From NCBI GenBank assembly GCA_951406725.2, contig OX597839.1, positions 29,884,001 through 29,948,000 of the forward strand: DNA of 64,000 bases, read 5' to 3'. The translations under genes and the position numbers were made by a program. The notes beneath the pieces are model-generated. The model was not told the origin of the DNA. It did no database searches and saw only the letters and a list, made by a program, of their open reading frames with translations. This document shows, piece by piece, positions 54,390 through 64,000 of this stretch (its first letter is position 1; every line of letters starts with the position of its first letter). The DNA is from Octopus vulgaris. Lineage: Eukaryota.

Positions 54390-57300
54390 ACCCACCTTTA
54401 ATAAGTTCCCTTGAGGAGAGCACCTCCATTTTCACCCTCACCTTCCTTTTCAAGTGAAACTTGAAGTCACTTAGAGCCCTACTAAAGAGCAAAGTTTTTG
54501 TCCTCAAGTCTTTCAACCTCATCCACCATACAACTTTTGTTAGAGAATGAGAGGAAAACTCATTTTCCTGCCTGATTAAACAAAAATGATGGGACAGTCC
54601 TGATGACCAACTTGGTGGACTGTTCAACTGCAACTCCACAATTTAACAATGTCCAGACACTGAATGAATGCAGAAGGGTGTTCATTGGTTGTGCACAGGT
54701 TGGATAGAAGCCTGTCTGAAAAGCCCTTCCATTCCTGTACAGCTTATCCCAAACCAGTAGCATCCAATGGTAGCACTGCCAAGCCAAAGACTGCTGGAAA
54801 TTAATCCACAGTAATCCTCAAGAAGAGACTAGCCACCGATGCTCAAAGCTTCCCCAAAAACATTGTCACTCTTCCTTGCCACTAACCCTCTACAGACTGC
54901 TAGAGCAGAGAGAGCACCAGATGACATTCTAGATACCAGGCACTCAGTCTCAGCTTAAGCTTCACACAGGACAGCAGTTCTATCAAGGAATCTCTGCTAG
55001 TAGTACAGCCTGAGCATAGAATCGCACATCAACAACCAAAGAAAGACTGACCCATCATGCAAAGGATGTTGGCAGCAGAGAGATTACCTGACCTGTAGAA
55101 CACATCTCTTCCACAAGAAATAGAAATGCAGGTGCACTCATATAATCAGAGGATAACTGGAGTAATGTACAAAGGTCAGGCAATGGAAATGATTTGTGCA
55201 TTTGCTATCTCTGTCTGGGCTTTCATGACTGGCTCCTTCTTGATCTATTTCTGGATAAGCCTGGCCAGGTTGCTTGTTACTTCATTCCAATTCAGGTCTA
55301 CCCGACAGCTGGGACCAAACCAGACCCCAAGCAGTTTAATTTGTCTGTCCATCCAGAGTGTCACAATGCGGCCTGCTGGCATCAACCTGCCTCTTCAGGT
55401 GACAAGCTGCAAACTTATTGACATGTCTACATTAATTATAATCTTAGCTACTGTCTTGTATTTCTTTACAATGGTGCCAAGTGCCTTGTCTTCAGTGGCA
55501 CCCAACACAGTGATGGTGAAGTCATCCACATACACCAACATAGTCTTCCTGGGTCCTAGTTCAAAAAGGATACCCTCCATTTCATATTCCACAGCAGTGG
55601 ATTGATAGCCAGCATGAACAGAAGAGGGGGCAATCATGTCAAATCCATTGTGTAATGCTGTTTACTTTGAGCATCAAGCAGGTGTTGCAGTGCACTGCAG
55701 CAATTCAGCCTCTAAAACTGGGTCCAGATCCCAACCACTTTCAAGATGCTTTCCAAGAAATGAATGTTGACTATCAAAAGCTTTCAACTGATCGAAATTG
55801 ATCTCGAGCCCACTGAAGCCAGTTTTATTCCCAACACTCTCTTAAGATGAACTGCATGATGTGGAATTCATTAATGGATCTAGTATGTTTGCACTTCCAT
55901 GACCAGATCACCAATGACAAGCAACAACCTTTTCACTGACACTTTTGCCAAAATCTCAAACTTTATGTTCAGAAAAGTTAAGAGCCAAAAGTTGACCCCA
56001 TGATGTTGACCTTGTCAGGGTCCTTTTTCAATAGCTTTGCTCCTCTCTGATTCACAGCGCTAAGGATTGTCACATTCAACTGTGTCAATCATGAGGCCAT
56101 CAAACAAGTCTGGTATGAATTCATAAAACTTCAAGAACAGATCATCTAAACTGGACAGTTTGCATCATGAGCAGTCATTCATCACCTTCCATATTTCAAC
56201 TGCAGGCTCTTGAGATCAGCACTAATCACCACGGGACAGTGTTTTTTCTCTACTGTTTTAGAACATGGGCCCCTACTTTTAACAAGGCAGCTTTCATATT
56301 CCACATTGAAGACATGGCCAAGGGTCATACTGACCATGAGCACATCAGTTGGAATGCCTTTACTAACTGCTTCCTCCAGATTGTTAACTAACTCCCCTTC
56401 TACTCTATTCTTATCTCTTGCTAGCTCACAGCTAAATGCTATCAATTCTGATCTCACTGCTGTCTTCATTATGCCCCACCACCAGCTGTTGATGATTGTC
56501 CCTGACTAGTACCACTTAACTAATTCTCTAATCCAATGAGAATGCCTTGTATTCATCGGAAATAGAACCGAGTGTGTGTGCTCCAGAGATGCTGGTCTTG
56601 CGAATGGCTACTATATGTCTAATGACCTGAGGTCTTTGAACAAGTGACCATGCTTCCAAATCAGTCCCTAGGCCATGTACATTTACACAGCCTACTCTAA
56701 GAGTAAGCATGTCTGTCAGGGAAAAAAGGTGGAGATATCACTCACCTTGGTCTTGAAGAAGGGCCAAAGATCCCGTTCTCTTACTGGTTGAAGAAATAGT
56801 GAAAAGCTTTTCCAAGGTTATTTTGTCCTTTTTTTATTTCTTAAAAGCCCAATGTCTGTGGGATATTTTTTTTTAAGATCTACACTGGTGGTTGCATCAA
56901 TTTGAATTGTCTGATTTTGTGAGTTTTCAACACAAGTTCATTAAACCCCCTCCTCTTTAGTGAGAATAGCTTTGCTTTCTGTGACCTCCTGCATCAAACC
57001 ACTGCTTATCTTTCAAATAATTGGGGAGTTGATGAGGGGTTCAACTTGGTGAAATTCACTATTTGTTTATTTGTTTTTGTTGTAATTCATCCTTCTTTTT
57101 GCCTGTTTTTGTTCCTCCATGCTTTCTGTTCTAATTTTGGATGTATGAGTGTTGGTTATGTTGTTGCTGCTGGGGTTTTACTGTTGACATTGATGGATGG
57201 TTTGAAGACCAGTTTTTGTTCTTCGTCTTTTTTGCCTTTTGGTTTATAACTTAGTGCAGCCTTTCTCTCAGATACTTTTCCTCTTCGTCCCAACACATCC

Positions 57301-58600
57301 TTTATGATGCTTAATTGTTTCATCCCTGTCAAAGCAATGAAGCATCTGAAACCACCAAGACTATAACAAGAGGAAGAGTTCAATGGATAAGCGTATGCCT
57401 AAGCATCACTGTTTCTCATACTGGTAAATATGTGAATGAGTGAGAGTCTCCTCAGCACGTAATGGTGGTAGTGGTGACATTGCTGTTGCAGTGGTTGTTG
57501 TTAGAATTGATCTTTGTTGCTGCTCTTACTGTTGTTGTAGTTGTTGACAGTTTAGTTGTTGCTGTAGCCGTAGTGTAGGTGTCAACATGAGCCTCTTCCT
57601 GAACCCTTTTGCTGTTGGGAGCAGAGGGGCTTCAAGTAGGTGTTGTTCCTGCATTTGTGAATTGAAGGTCTTCTGCCTTCCATCATAACCTGCAGTTATG
57701 CCCTATTCAACAATTCAATAAGGTCAGAATTTTTCCTGAGTTTCTGCTTGATCAAAGGAAACCTGGATCAAGATTTCCAACCTGAGCAGGGGGTCTGAAC
57801 TTTCTATTATCACCCACCAGATGTCTCATTCTAATGGTACTTCTGATATTTTACCTTTTTACCACACACCAGCCATGTTACATGTGAATGGAGCAATAGA
57901 GCCTGCAGTTGAAATAGATTCTCAGATTTACAAAAGACAACTGAGTATTTCTGAGCCAGAGTTTCTGTGAGGCACCTCACTTCCACAAAGCCAGACTGCC
58001 TTGTTCCAAGTTATGAAGTGTGTGTCACTGTATATGCCTTCAAATATTTTCCCACTTGGATGAGTGAGGCATTAAAAACCCATCAGTTTCCTGTGATTGT
58101 CTCCCATGGAAACTTGCTCACTGAACAATACTTTTAGAGCTGTTCTGCTGGAAAGATGCTGCTGCTGCTTCCAGAAGCCACACTGACAGAAGTATAATAT
58201 GACAGAAGTATAATATAACAGAAGTATGAGACAAGGCCGTGCTTGTTGTCATTGTTGATGTAGCTTGTCAACAAGCTTAGAAATTACTATGGTTACACTT
58301 GCTGCTGCTGTTATTAACCACTTTCTTTCTTTCTTTTTTTCTGTTTCTCCAGTTCAGTGCTATTGTTTTTGACCTTGTTACTATTTTCAGATTGTATATT
58401 TTGTGTTTTTATTGACATGACAACATTCCTGTCATTTTCAAGTGTAGCAACTTGGATGCTAGCCAAACATTCTACAGAGAATCCCACTTTCTCTGCTACA
58501 CTTGGTTCACTCCTCTTTTTTCTTGCATTGTTTTGTTGAATAATATTATTGGTTTATTTTACTCCATCTTGTTTTCATCAAAGAAAATTTATATTTGGTA
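54390..58600 (-). mobile_element. Heavily decayed L1/Tx1-like LINE in a GIGYF intron
   Basis: LRVGCVNVHGL endonuclease start (~56700), KAFDS (~55775), YVDDFTI (~55520), C-terminal KFHLKRKVRV. Many indels. Upstream ORF1 extent uncertain. Confidence 0.65.
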
Positions 58601-59379
58601 ATTAAGGACAAATGAACACATTCAAGACCCTTTTTGGAGTGTTGTTGTATAAAAATACATTCTGCTTCCAAAAGGTCAAGAAAAATTAAGCAAAAAGCAT
58701 CTCAAAAAAGTAGTGAAATAGCAAAAACTCTGACAAAACCTTTTGGAGCTGAAAATCAGCATATCTTCTGATCCACTATTAATAATAATTCTTGCAAACT
58801 TTTGCACAAGATCAGTAATATATAAGGAGAGGAAGGAGTATCAGTTACATCAGTACATGACTGGTACATCACTTTATCAGCCCCAAATGGATGAAAGACA
58901 AAGCTGACTTCAGTGGAATTTGAACTCAGAATGTTAAGAGCTGGAAGGAATGTCACAAATAGTTCTGCCAGCTTGCTACCTTTATAATATTTCTTTCTGC
59001 ATATAGGCACAGGGCCTACAATTTTGAAGGAAAGGGGCTATTTGATTATATCCACAACCTCCCCACCCCTGCTCAACTAGTACTTATTTTATTGATCCCT
59101 GAAAGAATGAAAGGCAAAGTTGACTTTGTGGGAGATTTGAATTAAGGACATAAAGAGCCAGAAGAAGACCCCTAAGCATGTTGTCCAATCCATTAACAAT
59201 TCTGCCAGCTTATCATCATCATCATCATCATCATCATAATAATAATAATAACAACAACAATCTGGTTAGTGGTATCCAAAGAAGCTGCACGTCTTCATTT
59301 GTTTAGGGAAAAACAAAAATGTTGCACAAGTCATCCAAACTATAACAAGTGACACAAAAAAGAAAAAGAAAATACCTAC

Positions 59380-59476
59380 CATCAATAGATAATGACACAT
59401 TCTTAAGCATAGTTTCAGACCAGTGAAGGATGTCATCATTTGAATTAGAAGATTGGAATAATTTCACTACACCATC
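59380..59476 (-). CDS. GIGYF: GIGYF exon (DGVVKLFQSSNSNDDILHWSETMLKNVSLSID)
   Basis: TTTTACCAG acceptor, G|GTAGGT donor, 97 nt, phase 0-1. Splices in frame to 49724 and resembles LLKLFQ...FTQWCEQML. Further exons probably lie beyond the window. Confidence 0.85.
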
Positions 59477-60696
59477 CTGGTAAAAAGAATACAAAACACT
59501 TAAACATTTAGAATATTCATCTTTTGGCTGCTTTGCAAAAAAATAGCCTTCCACATTTCCAATCCGTAAATTCATACAATGACTCTAAGATTTTACTTGT
59601 TTTGTTTTCTTTAACATGGGCATGCACTTTATAGTTACCCATGTCCATGTGTTAATGAAACACCCAGCACTAAATAACATCTCATATGAGGCTCAGAGAC
59701 ATCCCTGCTGAGTCCCTTTAAGTAACACAATGCACATTCCATCGTCTTCATCTCAATTTTCATAACAACCATTTCCATCTTTTATTATATATCTGCTGCA
59801 TTTAATATAAAATTGATCTTCTAATTTAACTATCAACATCCTGTACAAGAATCTCTCCCTCATAGCACAGGTACCTGTCAGTCCAATACCATTTGAGCCC
59901 ACCCAATCAAACCACCAATATTTCCTATTTATTTTAAGGAATGTTATGAACTCTCTAATTTCAGGGAGAAACCTTCAATCCTTCAACATTAAACCAGATA
60001 TATTTGGCTTAAATATTTTACCTGTTTTTAGTTTAAAACTGACCAGATCAGATCTCTCACACCTATCCTACAATGCCATTAAAATATGTAATCATATCGT
60101 TGAAATCTCAAAGCTATGAGATAATGCATGATTAATTCAAAACTATGTAAATAAACAAACATTACATTTGACAGAGCAATCTTAATGCTAAACGGTTAGT
60201 TCTTTCCTCTGTCATTGATTTACATTCTGTGACATTTGTTATAAAAATTGACTTGCATGTTGCTAAATTTTAGCAATTTATTTTTAGAATTCAATTTTTT
60301 TTTTCTTTTTCAAAACATTCATGCATACTTTATGTTGTTGTTTCTGAAGGAAGTAACTCAGCCTGCCAGTAAAACAAATAAAAACTCTGCAAAAAGATTT
60401 GGGAAAAACCTCATTTTTTTATTTAGTCACATTTGTATTTTTGTGTCAGTTACTAATTTAATCTATTCATAGCATCTTTGTTTTTCATCATCTTTTTGAT
60501 TGGGATCCAGGATTGATATCAGGGAAGGCGCTAGTGCTTCTACTCACACCCTAGATTCTTCAGCCAAAAGAAGACCATTATAATGATCAACAGACTCATT
60601 CAACGTCACACCACAACTTCTAACCAATTAATTCCCCTCTTTCCCTATTCAACAGCTCCTACAACCTCCACTTCTCTGAACCAGTTACTTGTATAC

Positions 60697-63600
60697 TAGG
60701 GTGGAGAAAAAATGCAATTTTTTGAAATTGGTAACCAAGAATCAATACTTTGTTGCAAATTAGGGTTAAAAGAAAAGTGTATAAAGAACTTTGCAGTTAA
60801 ATATTCTTTGCATGCACCACAATGCAATTGAAAATGTTAAAAATCACTATTTTTGGTCGAATTTTGGATTTCATGGTTTGTAAGTCATAATCCTTATACA
60901 ATTGACTAATATCTTGAGGTTCTGCATTGACTACTAAGAGAACAGGAGCATGAACTTCTCTCTAGTGCCACTACAACAATCATTGTATGTGTATGTACAT
61001 CATATGTGTGTGAAGTTTTCTGCTTTATACCTTGACTTTAGGCCATTGTATTAAAATTAATGATCATGTGAAATTTAGTGTTGTTTACATTTAGTGATGA
61101 TTCATGAGCCAAAAAAGTCTCATGATATTGAATCTGCAACGGCGTTTGCAGTGGTTTGGCCATGCATGTAAGGCGTCCGGTGGGTGAACTGAGTCATGAT
61201 GTCCTTCTCCCAACTCCACTTCCCAACTGGCGGAAACGCACGGGCGGGCAGCTGAAGACCTGGGTTACGACAATCAAGGAGGACCTCTCCGTGCTCACGG
61301 GACCACAGGTGGTTGGCCTGCGTCAATGGAACCATGACTGGCTCGCTATCTCTAGTGAACTGGCGCAGGACCATCGTGCGTGGGTTGCCATGGTTCGAGA
61401 TGCCTCGAGGGTGGTAAAAGAAGCCGACTCAACCCACCCAGAGTGAATGTCGCCACAAGTACAAGTAAGTAAGTACATGATATTGAATGCGCAATATTTG
61501 GTACTCCATGTGACCTTAGTGAGTGAGTTTTGCCAACTTACAATGATGTACTAAAATGTGTTTTATTTGAACAAGAAAAAGAAAAAAATGTAGTTAAAAA
61601 AGAGTAAACAAATTGTCAAGATTATAGCAGAAAAGATAATTCTTCTTTGGCAAAAGGCATCTATCCCGTGTATAATGATTGAGTCAGTTAAACTGAAAAT
61701 CTTAAACTTTTATCTAAAGTACCAAACATTGCTAAAATCTGTGAAAAATAGAAAAAATGTGCCATCGTTTCAAAGAAAGTGCAAGGTGTTTAAAAACAAT
61801 GCAACAAAAGATTTATTTGACATGTCCTGTTACAAGTGCAACTCCTTTAAAGATTGCAGTTGTAGTAGAGACAAAAAAGTACCACAGAGAGAATGAAATT
61901 TTTTACAGGATCAATGGACAAATTGAAAAATGATCATTGGTAGAATAGATCAAGCAGTATCTAAACAGAACATTCAGAGGTTGATTAGAAAGAATCAGCC
62001 AGATCATAATGGCCCTTGTACGTCAGGAAAGGATTATGAATCGATAGTGTTTTCATCTAGCAGTGAATCTGGAAATGGATCATCTGGTGAAGATAAAGAT
62101 TTTCCAATTCCATTTTCCATTAAATGGAAAGACGTCAGCAAAAACATAAGTTCAAAAACACCAATCAAATGAATAAAATTCCCAGAATTAGCTTCTGCCT
62201 GTGACTGCACTGCTGCTCTTCTTACAAGTTTGTTCATCAGCGACTTAACGGGAAGTACATCTGTTGAATGTTCTTTCATTATAGACAGATCGAAAGTTAG
62301 GTGGGAACCTAACATAAATCCCTGCAGCAGGAAGGTAGGCCGTGTATTTTGATGGAAAGAAGGACACAACCCTCATTAGTGAACAAATGGAAAAAATATT
62401 TCATAAGAAAACAATTCAAGAAGAGAACATTTCATTGACTGAAGAACCTGAGTCCCATGATCTTGGGCACTTTGCTGTTAAAATGGGTTCTGTGAGAGCC
62501 ATTTCCCATGGTTTGCTGAATTAATTGGAAACCAATGAAATAGTAACCAATCACATGATAGCTGTTGGTTACAATGGTACTGCAGTTAATAAAGGACCAA
62601 AAGGAGGCACCATTAGATTTTTGGAGTATAAATTGAAGAAGCCATTGCATTGGTTTGTGTGTCAGCTTCACGCAAATGAGCTTCCCTTACACCATCTTAT
62701 TAACAATCTCAATGGAAAAGCTATCGGGCCTCGTGGATTTCTTTGGCAGATTGGAGCGATGTGAAACACTAAGTTGTAGTGAAATTTAATCAGATTCAAA
62801 CAGACTTGCCATCAGTAGATAGAAATGATCTCAGTACTGATCAAAAATACCTTCTTGATATCCACCAGTCTATTTCCAAAGGGAAATGTTCATCTGAAAA
62901 GGCATTAACGAATTCTGGTAAAATGGCACATTCTTAATGTGCTTACAGCTGCAAATTGTATGCTACGGTTGTATGTTGCCACCAAGAATCCTTCTAACAC
63001 GAGGAAATTAATTGTTGCTTACATAAAGAAAGTTTACGTGCCAATGTGGTTCACAATTAAACACAGCTCTTCCTTGGAAAATGAGGCTCTAAATGTGTTC
63101 AAGATGATTGAGTCTTTAAGAGAAATGGACCAAGTAGTACAAGACATTGTATTTCCAGTTATACAATGTAATGCTTTCTTTGTGCACTCAGAAAATATTT
63201 TACTGGCCATGATAGACAATGAATGGAGCCACATTCGAGAACTAGCATGGAGGTACATAAAACAGGCTTGAATACAGTATAAAAAGAAATCTGTGCAACC
63301 TTTCAAAGTTCCTACCCTAAACTTTGCTGCCTCAAACTACGTGGATGTAATTAACTGGCATGACACTATTGTTACTGAACCACCTCTAACACAGGCATTT
63401 TCCAATGAAGAAATTGATACCTTCATTCAACTGCGGCATTTGATGCAACTGGAAAAATTACTGTGCCACACCCAAGCTGTGGAGAGATGTGTAAAACTCG
63501 TGACAGAAGCATCATCTAATGTTTGTGGTGAGAACAGTCAAGACAATTTCATTAGGAGTTGAATCGAATCAAGAGAAAAAATTCTGGTGTTCAAGACGAA

Positions 63601-64000
63601 AAAAGTATTTCAAATTGAAAGGTAATACAGCAATAATCAATTAGAATTGTTTAGTTTTAGCTATTTTGAACATAACAAACAATTAGCATTATGTTGTTTT
63701 AGAAATTTTCAAAACAACAAATCTTTGACTGTTCCATTTTTTATTTGTGAGTAAAATGCTAATTTGCATCTATGAAAAACTGAATTGGCTTTATTACTGG
63801 AACGAAAAGAAATACACTACAATGATTTGTATTATTTAGTTACATGGAATTATTTTGAACAAATTGGAAATGTTAATTATGTTTATCACCAGAATGTGTC
63901 AAGAATCAAAAACTGGTTTACATGAAATTTTATTTTAATGTGTGTTTAGTCTAGACCTCATGTAACATATTTGGTGACCTAGTATTAAAAATAATAAAGA
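60697..64000 (+). mobile_element. Decayed hAT-superfamily (hATm-like) DNA transposon, right end not seen
   Basis: Terminus TAGGGTGGAGAAAAAATG. Transposase fragments YFDGKKD, NGTAVN, WFVCQLHANELPL, CHTQAVERCVKLVTEAS with stops and frameshifts. Confidence 0.75.
61134..61475 (+). mobile_element. 5'-truncated RTE LINE 3' end nested in the hAT element
   Basis: LQWFGH...WRKRTGGQLKTW...LAQDHRAW, (AAGT)n-like tail, 13-bp TSD CATGATATTGAAT at 61121-61133 and 61476-61488. Confidence 0.88.

Noticed and set aside
63970-63985. Right TIR of the hAT element
   Set aside because: GGTGACCTA does not match the reverse complement of the left terminus.

Overview
Eukaryotic, AT-rich, microsatellite- and SINE-dense genomic DNA. 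The repeat families resemble those I recall from octopus/coleoid cephalopods (inference). Most listed ORFs are microsatellite artefacts. Two intron-containing genes converge. On the + strand is a calcium-binding-EGF repeat gene with five 120-nt phase-1 exons (22.9-34.9 kb) and uncertain ends. On the - strand are the last four coding exons and 3' UTR of GIGYF (59.5-46.2 kb). The rest is tRNA-derived SINEs, LINE fragments (CR1-like, RTE, R4/Dong-like, L1/Tx1-like), Helitrons, mariner/Tc1 and hAT relics, plus a 100-N gap. The most striking unexplained structure is a dense set of short, mostly palindromic elements in (TA)n tracts. They carry hammerhead-ribozyme folds from about seven sequence-distinct families, consistent with Penelope-like/retrozyme-like remnants. 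Also notable are a nine-unit higher-order tandem array ending in one retroposon-type tail (41.1-44.4 kb), an HDV-like pseudoknot at the 5' end of an RTE LINE, and an apparent CpG-depletion boundary at the GIGYF gene body. All folds and alignments were done by eye, with no searches run.
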